Source of the DNA: an uncultured Fibrobacterota bacterium
GTDB lineage: Bacteria > Fibrobacterota > Chitinivibrionia > Chitinivibrionales > FEN-1185
Assembly: GCA_963729895.1 (NCBI GenBank)
Contig: CAVSQB010000020.1
Span: forward strand, 1 to 64,000
DNA: 64,000 nt
Direction of reading: 5' to 3'
Each line of letters opens with the position of its first letter. Position 1 is the stretch's first letter. A program made the translations under genes and the position numbers. Below, piece after piece: positions 49,094 through 58,871 of the stretch. The notes beneath the pieces were generated by a model that had not been told where the DNA came from, did not search any database, and saw only the letters and a program-made list of their open reading frames with translations.

Positions 49094-50193
49094 ACCGCTT
49101 CTTTCACCCACGCCTCCATCTTCCGGGCGCTTTCGTCCCACGAAAATCCGAGCGCATGCCGCCTTCCCGCCGCCTCAAACCGTGATCTAAGGGCCGCGTC
49201 GTCAAGTACCGCGCAGAGACACAGGACAAGGTCGTCGCAATCGTTTTCCTTGTACAAGAGGCCCGTTTCGTTATGCCGCACCGAATCGCGCAGGCCGGGC
49301 GCATTGTTGGCCACCACCGCTGTGCCGCATGCGCCCGCCTCGATGTTGGTGATGCCCCACCCTTCCTTGAGCGACGGGTTTACAAAAACGGCTGCCCTGC
49401 GGTACAGATTGATTTTTACCGTTTCGTCAACGTATCCGAGAAACTCGACCGCATGCGTTATGCGGAGCCGTTGCGTATGAAGGCGGAGGTTGGGTTCGTC
49501 ATCACCTGCGCCGGCAATCGCCAAACGGACCTTTCTGCCGGTGTCGGCCATTTTCTTTACGGCATCGAGCACCAGAGACAAGTTCTTGTATTTCTTGAGC
49601 CGTCCGGCGTACAGGATCAAACCGGTCTCTTTGGGAACCAAGGCGTCCGGGGCATACTTGTCGGTGTCGACACTGTTGGGTATGATCCTGATGTTCTCCA
49701 GGCGAAATCCGAGTTCGACCAGCTCTGCCGCGGTGCTTTGCGAAACGGTGCAGCACGGCGTGTTTCTATATGCCCGGGCGCCTAACCGTTCCAGGAACAG
49801 AACATACCGTGCAAGCGGATACAAGGTGAGCTCGAAAACCGTTGCGCCGAAAAGATGGTGGAAGATAACTCCGCACCGCATTTTCGGGAACCAGTGCGGA
49901 GAAAAGAAGGGCAGCTTATTCATGTCGTCTATGATGCAGTCTATCGCATGCCTGCGGCATACTTTTCTTATGAGAAAAGGCGCTTCCCAGTTGAACAAGT
50001 AGGTGTGTCCCCACCGGTACACAACGATCCCGTCCTGCTCATCCTGCGGCGGGCTTCCCGCAAATCGTGTGGTAAGGAGAACCACCGTGTGGCCATTCTT
50101 GACAAACCGTTTGAATAGTTCCTGAAAATGGGCCTCGGCCCCGCCTGCCTGGGGATGCTGTACGTCGCGCCAGTTAAGAACAAGGATGTTCAT
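49081..50193 (-). CDS. Glycosyltransferase family 4
   Basis: NWRD..HPQAGGAE, GRLKKYK and EGWGITNIE (EX7E) motifs. Confidence 0.9.
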   Translation of the reverse strand: MNILVLNWRDVQHPQAGGAEAHFQELFKRFVKNGHTVVLLTTRFAGSPPQDEQDGIVVYRWGHTYLFNWEAPFLIRKVCRRHAIDCIIDDMNKLPFFSPHWFPKMRCGVIFHHLFGATVFELTLYPLARYVLFLERLGARAYRNTPCCTVSQSTAAELVELGFRLENIRIIPNSVDTDKYAPDALVPKETGLILYAGRLKKYKNLSLVLDAVKKMADTGRKVRLAIAGAGDDEPNLRLHTQRLRITHAVEFLGYVDETVKINLYRRAAVFVNPSLKEGWGITNIEAGACGTAVVANNAPGLRDSVRHNETGLLYKENDCDDLVLCLCAVLDDAALRSRFEAAGRRHALGFSWDESARKMEAWVKEAVCAE

Positions 50194-50368
50194 GGTTGTC
50201 GGGTTTCTCCAGCCCATTCCTGCAAATAAATCAAATATGGAAACGCGACCGGCACGGTGCAGGATAGCCCTCGTGCCGGCCGGGGTTCGCCTTATGTAAA
50301 ATACATCCGGCAACCAGTGATTTTAAGGCTGGCTGCGAGTGAAATGGAAGAGATGGACGGTCACCAAT

Positions 50369-50403
50369 AAAAAACTCTCCGGTGCAACCTCCACCGGAGA
50401 GTT
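50369..50403 (-). terminator. Rho-independent terminator after the MFS gene
   Basis: CTCTCCGGTG / CACCGGAGAG stem followed by a T-tract on the minus strand. Confidence 0.75.
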
Positions 50404-50430
50404 CTCGCACCGCATGGTGCACAAAAATCG

Positions 50431-51834
50431 TCAGTCGGTTTCCGTCACGCCCTTGGGCATTCTTGGTTCCGCGCCCTTCAGGCCGTAGTAAATGATGTAC
50501 ACGTAGCAGATAAGCGGGACAATAAATGAAAAATGCAAATTGATTTTGTCCGCAAACACTCCGACAATCACCGGCATGATTGCACCGCCCACGATTGCCA
50601 TGCACAGAAGCCCGGAACCTGAACTCGTATGGCGCCCCAATTTTGCGATGGCGAGTGTGAAAATGGTCGGGAACATGATGGAGTTGAACAACCCGATGGC
50701 CAAAACCGCAATCATGGAAGCGTGACCGTGAGTGGACATGGTAATGGCAAGGAGGACACAGACGATGGTTGCGTTGAAGGCCAACACTGTTCGGGGCTTT
50801 AGATACCGCAAAACCACCGCGCCGACAAACCTTCCAACCATTGCCCCGCCCCAGTAGAAAGACAGATATTGCGCAGCAACTGCTTTTGTCAAATCAACAT
50901 GGTCAAAAGACAAATGCCCTCCGGAGAAATTCATCGTCAGGACTTGCTGCCCGATTTGTTTGATGAATCCGCCGACGTCCTGACCGGAAAGGTAATTGAC
51001 CAGGATGCTCCCTATTGCCACTTCGCCGCCCACGTAGAAAAAAATTGCAAGCGTGCCAAGCGCCAGATGCGGGTATTTGAGGGTCTTGCCGTTCAGTTCA
51101 AGAAATCCCTCGTGTTTGGCTCCAGGTTCGCGCGGTTCTTCCACGATTTTGGGCAGCTTCATGATGGTAAAAAAGATTGCAAGCAGAACAAAAACACCCG
51201 CCAGTCCGAGGTATGGCATCTGAATTGCATTTGCGTTGTGTTTTACGGCCGCGGCAGCTGCTTGCGGATCCATCGTTGCAATGGCATCCATGGAAACCAG
51301 CGCTACGGAAAGTATGAGGAATGATCCGAAGAATGGCGCAAGAAAAGTACCCAGCGAATTAAATGCCTGGGTCGTGACCAACCGTGCGGATGATGTCTCG
51401 GGTTTTCCAAGGATCGCAACATAGGGATTTGCAGCAACCTGGAGTAATGTGATGCCGGAAGCCAGGACAAAAAACGCGAAAAGAAAAAGCCCGTATGATT
51501 GAATTCCCGCAGCAGGGTAAAATAGCAGGCAACCTGCGCCGGAAATGAGCAATCCTATCACAATACCGATCTTGTATCCGATTTTTCTGACAACAACGCC
51601 TGAAGGCGTAGACATGATGAAATACGCGGTGAAGAACACAAATTGTATGAGCATCACTTTCGTATAGTTGAGTTTGAAAAGCTCCTTAAGGTGGGGAATC
51701 AGTATATCGTTGAGACACGTCATGAATCCCCAGATAAAGAATAGGGACGTCAGGGCGACAAGAGCAGGGGTATAATTTTTCCCCGGTTCCGCAGGGGCGG
51801 CGGTGGCGCCGGCGGTTGGACTGATGCTTGCCAT
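50431..51834 (-). CDS. FucP/GluP-family MFS sugar:H+ symporter
   Basis: LFFIWGF, NDILIP, LQVAANPY, QAFNSLG, YVGGEV and SIMFPTIF motifs; RBS before ATG 51834. Confidence 0.92.
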   Translation of the reverse strand: MASISPTAGATAAPAEPGKNYTPALVALTSLFFIWGFMTCLNDILIPHLKELFKLNYTKVMLIQFVFFTAYFIMSTPSGVVVRKIGYKIGIVIGLLISGAGCLLFYPAAGIQSYGLFLFAFFVLASGITLLQVAANPYVAILGKPETSSARLVTTQAFNSLGTFLAPFFGSFLILSVALVSMDAIATMDPQAAAAAVKHNANAIQMPYLGLAGVFVLLAIFFTIMKLPKIVEEPREPGAKHEGFLELNGKTLKYPHLALGTLAIFFYVGGEVAIGSILVNYLSGQDVGGFIKQIGQQVLTMNFSGGHLSFDHVDLTKAVAAQYLSFYWGGAMVGRFVGAVVLRYLKPRTVLAFNATIVCVLLAITMSTHGHASMIAVLAIGLFNSIMFPTIFTLAIAKLGRHTSSGSGLLCMAIVGGAIMPVIVGVFADKINLHFSFIVPLICYVYIIYYGLKGAEPRMPKGVTETD

Positions 51835-51981
51835 GAGCCTCTCCTCATTGTTAAGTGTGGTGAACTGGTGAATACCGGTCTTCGGCAACCAAACAAAATA
51901 AGAAGCCGGACTTGGCTGTGTCAAGAACAACCGTGGCGGATTCCGGACAGATTTTCACCCTCGCAGACCTGCTTCTTCACG

Positions 51982-52014
51982 AAAAAGGCCGGAAGATTTC
52001 TCCTCCGGCCTTTT
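51982..52014 (-). terminator. Hairpin terminator (possibly bidirectional)
   Basis: AAAAAGGCCGGA...TCCGGCCTTTT. Confidence 0.7.
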
Positions 52015-52079
52015 CAAACGTCCTATTATTGTTATTTGTTCTATTACTTCTTAGTCCAGTTCATCCTGCACATTCCCGG

Positions 52080-53774
52080 TTAGAAATTGGCAGAGAGCCG
52101 AAACGACCACCACCACTGGCTTTTGGTCTGGAGAAAATCGTCGGTCTGCTGAAGGATTGGAGGGGTTTGTTCTACCGGCTTCATGTGATCGCGGCCCACG
52201 AGACCGGAAAGCGCAAACCGATTATTCATAAAAGACTTTTTGAAATACAAGGCATACTTAGTGGGCTCGGGCGTTCCAAAACCCGCTGACACCCTGCCGA
52301 CGTTGCTGACTGGAATAGGCTCAAGAAATTGGGGATCTTCTACAAAATAATCGCTGTTAGGATACCGCTGGCTGAACCATTCAAATTCCAAAGAAAGGAC
52401 ATCAAGGCTGCAATTCCATCCGAGAAACTGCTCGGCAGCCCCGCTGGCAAGTCCTGCAACAAGCGTCACCCATTCGAGCGGCCGGATGTCGGACCCTGTT
52501 TCATCTTTTAGCCACTTGGTAAGGAAGAAAGGCAGGACTCCGTAGCTGAGAAGCGGGTTTGTAGGCAAATCTATTCCAAGCATAACAGGCGTTCTGTCTG
52601 CCGGAAAAATGCCTGCAATCATTTTGTCGTTATAATAGTTGAGAGAATCCGGAACTTTCTGCCAATGGTTTATGCCGAGACTGTCAGGAATGGAATCGTA
52701 GGCTACATAATTGTTGACTCCCAGAATGGCAACTTCTGCATATACTTTAAAGTCATCCTTACCGAAGAATGGATGGGTGCCGAAAACAAAGGCCGGAGGA
52801 ATTTTGAATTCCGGTATAAAGCGCTGCGGATTGATTGATGCGCGTCCCATGAGTTTGGTTGCGCTGAAGGTATAGTGGTCCACGGATCCGTTTTCATCAA
52901 GATATTCGGAGGCATTATTGGTTCTCTGCGCGGTAATGTTATCATCAACAGGCAAAAGTCTTTGAAAGGACACGCCCGCGCCCACCTCAAAAAAGTTAAA
53001 TAACCTGTTTGAAACCAGGCCCGTAAGGGTCCCGTCGAGAAGCGGGTAGTCATGTGTCTCGCTTGTTAACATCAGGTCCCATCCGAACAAGTCGACATCG
53101 GGCTTTCCGGCAAAGCCGCTTAGATGAAGCCCGAGTTCACGGGTAAGGGGGAACTCAAAATTCGTGGCAATAACCGTTGGATATGCCTCGCTCCTCAGCA
53201 GATATTCGCCCAAATCCTTAGCGTCTTCATCGTACTTGAAGGGGAAATAGCCAAGGGCCATTTTCAACCAGGGTTGCGAGAGATTCCCAAAGGAATAGTC
53301 CACTTCCACATCATTCGGGTAAAAATAGAATTCCGGTGATAGCGTGGCGGGGTACTGTTGCTTGGGAAAAATCGAAAATCGCAGGTCGCATTCGATGCTC
53401 GCGAGCAATCTCAGTCTTTCTTTATACGCAACGTCTTCCGTAAAATACATAACCATTTTCTGCTGCCACAATTTGTTGAAGACCTGGTACTGTTTCCCGT
53501 TCCCTGTATCGGCGCTGTACACTCCTTGCGCGGCCTGGCCTTCATCAATTGCAAGAAACAGGTTCTGGGTGGCCTTCCAATCGGCATTTTTTCCGAGCCC
53601 GAGAAAAGGGAGAGCCATGGCTCGCGGCACAGCCGATCTTAATTGGACAGCAGGGGCCGAGTCCGTATGAACAGTTGCCGGCTGGGCCGCATTTGCGGAA
53701 TCACCTTCCTGACCCAGGCACAGGGACGCTCCGGCAAGCATTCCAAGTACTATCGGTACTATCCTCGATATCAT
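52080..53774 (-). CDS. Predicted outer-membrane beta-barrel protein, paralogue 2
   Basis: AGGAGG RBS, signal peptide, GYFPFKY..AKDLGEYLLR motif and C-terminal WWWSFRLSANF beta-signal. Confidence 0.7.
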   Translation of the reverse strand: MISRIVPIVLGMLAGASLCLGQEGDSANAAQPATVHTDSAPAVQLRSAVPRAMALPFLGLGKNADWKATQNLFLAIDEGQAAQGVYSADTGNGKQYQVFNKLWQQKMVMYFTEDVAYKERLRLLASIECDLRFSIFPKQQYPATLSPEFYFYPNDVEVDYSFGNLSQPWLKMALGYFPFKYDEDAKDLGEYLLRSEAYPTVIATNFEFPLTRELGLHLSGFAGKPDVDLFGWDLMLTSETHDYPLLDGTLTGLVSNRLFNFFEVGAGVSFQRLLPVDDNITAQRTNNASEYLDENGSVDHYTFSATKLMGRASINPQRFIPEFKIPPAFVFGTHPFFGKDDFKVYAEVAILGVNNYVAYDSIPDSLGINHWQKVPDSLNYYNDKMIAGIFPADRTPVMLGIDLPTNPLLSYGVLPFFLTKWLKDETGSDIRPLEWVTLVAGLASGAAEQFLGWNCSLDVLSLEFEWFSQRYPNSDYFVEDPQFLEPIPVSNVGRVSAGFGTPEPTKYALYFKKSFMNNRFALSGLVGRDHMKPVEQTPPILQQTDDFLQTKSQWWWSFRLSANF

Positions 53775-53905
53775 CTGTTTTCCTCCTGAATGAAACATCC
53801 GGCTTGCATGGCAAGGAAATCTTCTTGTGGAAGCGCGCTCGAAATTGACACTGTTTTCTTTGCTTTCATCATGGCAATCATGTTTAAGAATCAGGTGAAT
53901 CCCGG

Positions 53906-55537
53906 TCAAAAATTAGCCGACAACCTGAGCGTCCACCACCATTGAGCCTTTGTCAGGAGAAAATCGTCATTGATTGTGTTTTCCGGATCAGCATCTTCTG
54001 CCGGCCGCATGTGATCGCGTCCCACCAGGCCGGAAATCGCAAATTTCTGGTCCAGAAAGGACTTCTTGAAGTACAGGGCATATTTGACCGGCTCAGGAGT
54101 TCCCGCAAGACTTGTCGCCCTGTTTAGCGGATTTTCCGGGAGAGGTAAATGGTTTGCAGGATCTATCGCGAATTCATTGTCATTGGCGTATCTCTGGCTT
54201 GACCATTCGAACTCCAGCGAAAGAACGTCGAGACCCAGGTCCCACCCAAGGTAATGATTGCATACTCCGCTGGCAAGTCCTGCAACAAGCGTTACCCACT
54301 CAAGCGGCCTAACGTCGGAGCCTGTCTCGTCCTTAAGCCATTTGGTGAGAATAAATGGGAGAATACCATAGCTGATTAACGGGTTTGTCGGCAGATTGAT
54401 ACCCACCATATAGGGCATTCTGTCGCCCAGGGAATCATAGTAATTCTTTAGTTTCGGCGCTTTGACCAATGCTTCGTGTCCGGGTAGTCCGCCGGCAGTG
54501 TCCACCAATTGGTAATTATAAGCAGTGTAGTTGAAAAGGCCCAACACCCCAAGTTCGCCGTAAATCTTTAGATCCTCTTTTCCAAAAAACGGCTTGTCTC
54601 CAAACACTGGACCAAAGGGAATTTTGAAATCAGGAATGAACCGCATGGGATTGATTGACGCGCGGCCCATGAGTTTGAGCGCGCGGTAGGTATAATAACT
54701 GGTGTCGCCGTTCGCGTCGAGATATTCGCTTTGTTGAGTCTTAGGCGTGGTAAGGGCTTCGTTGACGGAAATGAGCCTTTGCCAGGATGCGCCGACGCTG
54801 AGATCAAGGAAATTGAGCAGATTGTTGGTCACCACGGCGGACAAAGTCCAGTCCTGCAGGGGCCAGTAATGCGTCTCGCTTGTGAGCATGAGGTCCCACT
54901 TTACCTGGTCTATTTCCGGATTTCCGAGAAAGCCGTCGATATGAAAACCGAGTTCCCGGGTCTCGGCGAATTCGAAATTCGTTATGATAAACGTTGGGTA
55001 TGCGCCGTCCCTGAGAAGATATTCTCCAAGGTCTTTGGCGTCCGGATTGTACTTAAAGGGAAAATATCCCGCCGCCAATCGCAGCCAGGGCCTGTCGAGA
55101 TTGCCGAATGAATAACTGATCTCCACGTCATTCGGGTAGAAGTAAAACAGAGGGGTGAGCGTTTGCGGCAAGGTCGAAATCGGCTTAAAGGAAAACGAAA
55201 GCTGGCACTCGATGCTCAAAACCAGCCGTAGCCTTTCGAGATACGACATGTCTTCCGTGAAATGAAAGTACATCTCCTGCTGCCAGAGCCGGTTTATCGT
55301 CGCATACGCCAATCCCGCACCCTGCATGGCCTGGCCCTCGTCAAGGGCGAACCACAACGATTGGGTGCTTTTCAGATCGGAACCCGCGTTTGCAGGAGCT
55401 GCAGCGGCCTGGACGATCGGTTCCGCCCGCATGGGTTTTTGCGCGCTATCAGCGGAACTGTCTGTCTGTCCAAAACACAGGCATGCGCCCGCAAGGATTC
55501 CAAATGAGACATTCCAAACAAGTTGTTTTCCTGTCAT
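53906..55537 (-). CDS. Predicted outer-membrane beta-barrel protein, paralogue 1
   Basis: Signal peptide; same motifs as paralogue 2; ends WWWTLRLSANF. Confidence 0.7.
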   Translation of the reverse strand: MTGKQLVWNVSFGILAGACLCFGQTDSSADSAQKPMRAEPIVQAAAAPANAGSDLKSTQSLWFALDEGQAMQGAGLAYATINRLWQQEMYFHFTEDMSYLERLRLVLSIECQLSFSFKPISTLPQTLTPLFYFYPNDVEISYSFGNLDRPWLRLAAGYFPFKYNPDAKDLGEYLLRDGAYPTFIITNFEFAETRELGFHIDGFLGNPEIDQVKWDLMLTSETHYWPLQDWTLSAVVTNNLLNFLDLSVGASWQRLISVNEALTTPKTQQSEYLDANGDTSYYTYRALKLMGRASINPMRFIPDFKIPFGPVFGDKPFFGKEDLKIYGELGVLGLFNYTAYNYQLVDTAGGLPGHEALVKAPKLKNYYDSLGDRMPYMVGINLPTNPLISYGILPFILTKWLKDETGSDVRPLEWVTLVAGLASGVCNHYLGWDLGLDVLSLEFEWSSQRYANDNEFAIDPANHLPLPENPLNRATSLAGTPEPVKYALYFKKSFLDQKFAISGLVGRDHMRPAEDADPENTINDDFLLTKAQWWWTLRLSANF

Positions 55538-55698
55538 AGCCGTACCTTTCTAAAGTCTAAAGGACATTGGGGCGCTTTAAGAAAGCAAGAGTACTCAGCG
55601 GCAAGCTATGGAGCAGCCTCCGGTCCGGAAACAAAGGGCTTGCTTCCGGACCAAAGACTATCCAAAAACTCCTTCAGCACTGCATTCTATTTCCGGCG

Positions 55699-58182
55699 TT
55701 ATTCTCCGGAATACAACATGGTAATGGGCGCTGTCTGGGCGGTTGCGTCCATTGAATTCTTACCCACGGAAATAGTATAGCTGCTGCCCGGATCAACGAT
55801 CCAGCCGTTTGCGAGCGTCCAGTGAGCAAAATCCCATTCTCTCAAGACAAAAGTGGCAGTCCTTGTTTCGCCGGCCGGGACGGCAACACGTGCAAATCCC
55901 CGGAGCTGTTTGACGGGGCGGGCGGCAGCAGGGCTGGTCTGACTGATATATAATTGCGGGATTTCCACACCGTCAACTGTTCCCATGTTTGTTATATCAA
56001 CAGACACTACAACAGTATCGCCGATTACCGCATTCGATGGAACAACCAGATTGCCATAAGAATATGTGGTATAGCTCAGCCCAAAACCGAAAGGAATAAG
56101 AGGTTTCTTGTTTGCGCTGATATAATATGGATAACCCCTGCCCTGAGTGGGCCCTTCATAAGGAACAGCCAAAGACGGCGGATTAGTAAATGTGGGCAAA
56201 TCGGACTGAAGATTCGGGAAAGTTATGGTCAGTTTTCCGCACGGATTGTAATCTCCTACAAGAACATCGGCAAGCGCGTTGCCCTGCCTTTCCCCGCCGC
56301 ACCCGGAATAGATGACCGCCGGCGCACTGTACCACGGTCCGTTTACAACCGCGGCGCCGCCGGTAAGCACGACAATGGTATTGTTCGGATGTGCGGTAAT
56401 GATGGGGCCAACATAGGTGTTCTGGTCAACGGATGGATTGGAGAAATCGTCAAACGACAGCGTGGCATCCGGGCGGTCATGGCTTTCGTATTGAGCGCTG
56501 GCAACGCCATCGTTGGCCGCCACTCCCAAAACAACAACGATATAATCTGCAGTTGCCAGGTTGGTTGTCATGTTCGCTGCACCAAGTTTTGCTGTAATGC
56601 CGTTAAGGGCATTATTACTGGTATCGAACGGACTGACCTTCGAACTGGTGTAAAGGCCATAGCCGCCGTAACGAAGATGGGTGGCATACGGGCCAATAAC
56701 CGCAACGGTCTTTGTTCTGTCAATCGGCAGCAAAACTTTTCGCGCCGCCCCGGTCCCAACACTGTCGTTTTTGAGAAGAACAATGCTCCGGTGCGCGGAG
56801 GTGTCTGCAATTGCCTGGTGGTTGTAGGCGCCGGTACTGTCGTGAAGCTGCTGGATTGCCGTCGGGTTGACGCCGCTCTCCCCGGTGGGAGAAACTGGAT
56901 AGGTGGTCATGCACCCTGCCCAGGCTTTTGCACGCAATACCCTGAGCACCTTGTCGTCAAAAACGTCCTGGGAAAGGTCTCCCGCCGCGACTTCACCGGG
57001 AAGCTTGACATACTGGGTATTATCGGGCATTTCCACGTCAAGGCCCGAATTCTCCGCCAATTGCACGGTCATGTTTGTTGACCAATCGGAAATCGCCAGG
57101 CCCCGAAAGCCCCATTCATTCTTAAGGATATTGACAAGCAAAAATTTGTTGTCGGTGCAATAGACGTTGTTGACCTGGTTGTAGGCCGCCATAATACCCC
57201 AAGCGCCGGCTTCCCGTATGGTCATCTCAAACGGATACGCGTACGTCTGCCGCAGGGTGACCGTGTCCACATTCTCGCTGGCCGTCAATCGATTGTAATC
57301 CTGGTCGTTGCAGCAAAAATGCTTTGGAGTGGCAATGACCTTTTCGCTCTGAAGCCCTCTGATCCAGGCGCTCGCCAGCTTTCCCATCAGGTAAGGGTCT
57401 TCGCCAAATGTCTCGTAGTCTCTTCCGCCCCGAGGGTCCCGCACCATATTAAGCATGGGCCCGAGCAATTCATAACGACCCTGCCAGAAGGCTTTTGCTT
57501 CCTGCGCGATTGCCTTTCCGGTTTGGTAAATGAGGCCCGTGTCAAATGCATTTGCAGATGTGCCGTTGCACGGAAACATGGTTGCCAGGCCCCAGCCCCA
57601 GCCGTTTACCCCGTGAGGTCCGTCGCAGGTGCTAAGGCCATACACTGCAGGCGAGTAACCTGGGACCGTCATGTCGCCGGTGCAGAATCCGTCGTGCTGA
57701 GCCGGAGGAGTTCCCGCGCCGCCCGCAAGAATCTGGGCTTTTACGGTATTGCTGGGAATTGCGGCCAGAACTGCGCGGGCCAGCTTTTCGTTTCCGCTCA
57801 TGTCTGCAAGAACGGTAACGGTTGCAACGTATTGGTCGGTTGCAGCCGGCGCCGTGGCAAAAGAACATTGGAAGAAAATTTCCCGTCTGCCGTTCTTCCC
57901 GGTAACCATTGGAAACATTCCCACGTCACCCACCGTGTTGTTTATGGTGCACACTGGAGCATTGGGAGTGGCAGGGGCTGGAGTTATTGCAAGACTGATA
58001 TTGAGAGAATCGTTGTCGCCTTCGGCAAACGTGTAGGTCACCTTGCCGGTCCAGCTTATTCCATTGCCCCGAACAAGGTATACGGGAACCTTAACATTGT
58101 CTACGGAAGTTGCCGTAAAGGGGGCAAGAGCAAACAAGCTCGCCGACATGAGCATGAGTAATCCGACTGTTTTCCTGAACAT
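55699..58182 (-). CDS. Secreted GH3 beta-glucosidase-like enzyme with an extra N-terminal beta-rich domain
   Basis: DGPHG, GRDYETFGEDP, KHF, SDW (nucleophile), SIVLLKN and PFGFGLSYT motifs, then an Fn3-like tail. Start ATG 58182 follows AGGAGG. Confidence 0.9.
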   Translation of the reverse strand: MFRKTVGLLMLMSASLFALAPFTATSVDNVKVPVYLVRGNGISWTGKVTYTFAEGDNDSLNISLAITPAPATPNAPVCTINNTVGDVGMFPMVTGKNGRREIFFQCSFATAPAATDQYVATVTVLADMSGNEKLARAVLAAIPSNTVKAQILAGGAGTPPAQHDGFCTGDMTVPGYSPAVYGLSTCDGPHGVNGWGWGLATMFPCNGTSANAFDTGLIYQTGKAIAQEAKAFWQGRYELLGPMLNMVRDPRGGRDYETFGEDPYLMGKLASAWIRGLQSEKVIATPKHFCCNDQDYNRLTASENVDTVTLRQTYAYPFEMTIREAGAWGIMAAYNQVNNVYCTDNKFLLVNILKNEWGFRGLAISDWSTNMTVQLAENSGLDVEMPDNTQYVKLPGEVAAGDLSQDVFDDKVLRVLRAKAWAGCMTTYPVSPTGESGVNPTAIQQLHDSTGAYNHQAIADTSAHRSIVLLKNDSVGTGAARKVLLPIDRTKTVAVIGPYATHLRYGGYGLYTSSKVSPFDTSNNALNGITAKLGAANMTTNLATADYIVVVLGVAANDGVASAQYESHDRPDATLSFDDFSNPSVDQNTYVGPIITAHPNNTIVVLTGGAAVVNGPWYSAPAVIYSGCGGERQGNALADVLVGDYNPCGKLTITFPNLQSDLPTFTNPPSLAVPYEGPTQGRGYPYYISANKKPLIPFGFGLSYTTYSYGNLVVPSNAVIGDTVVVSVDITNMGTVDGVEIPQLYISQTSPAAARPVKQLRGFARVAVPAGETRTATFVLREWDFAHWTLANGWIVDPGSSYTISVGKNSMDATAQTAPITMLYSGE

Positions 58183-58271
58183 AGTGAAATTCCTCCTGAA
58201 GATTGCCGCTTGAGTTGATTGCTTAGTCGATATTCTTTTGAACATTGTCATTTACAAAAATATATGAAAAC

Positions 58272-58667
58272 TCAATACATGATTTTAGCGTTCTTTCTGA
58301 ACGACCCATAGTTAAGCACGGCGAAATACACGCCGCTCGCTATCTTCGACTGAGGCATGCTCCAGATGATGCTCTTTTGCCGGGAAGTCACCTCATAAGA
58401 TTTGATCAACTTGCCCGAAAGACTGTATATCGAAAGATTGCCCGTTTTGGCTGAATTGTCCAGGATCGACCAGGTGAAAACCATTCCTTGTCTGCCGTTT
58501 GCCAGTTTCTTGCACGAAAAATAAGAACCGTCTGCGGAATGAATATATTGCTGCAGCACCCCTGCTTGAGCAAAACTGAAAGGAGCGCTCGATTTTGAAA
58601 TATTTTCCGGAGTGGCCAGAACGCCAAAAGCCAGGAAGAGAACCAGCACCTTACATTTTGCGGACAT
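58272..58667 (-). CDS. Small protein consisting of a signal peptide plus a T9SS type-A CTD-like domain
   Basis: LSIYSLSGKLI...W...ASGVYF...KIMY. Confidence 0.7.
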   Translation of the reverse strand: MSAKCKVLVLFLAFGVLATPENISKSSAPFSFAQAGVLQQYIHSADGSYFSCKKLANGRQGMVFTWSILDNSAKTGNLSIYSLSGKLIKSYEVTSRQKSIIWSMPQSKIASGVYFAVLNYGSFRKNAKIMY

Positions 58668-58871
58668 ACCTAATCCTCCTTACTTAAAAATTTTGACCCT
58701 TGAAACTACACTTTTACATAGCGAAAAAACGGAACGTTCAATAAAATATAATAATGTGCAATTTTCAAACAACCATAATAAATAATTATTGGCTACCCAC
58801 CTCCTCTGTTCCGACCGTTTGAGGACGGCTCTAAGCCATAATCTACCAAAAAAGTCCAGTCAAGACGCGAA

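Noticed and set aside
55622..55652. Hairpin GGTCCGGAA/TTCCGGACC after GH3 as a terminator
   Set aside because: There is no U-tract on the coding strand; at most it is an mRNA-stabilising or processing stem.
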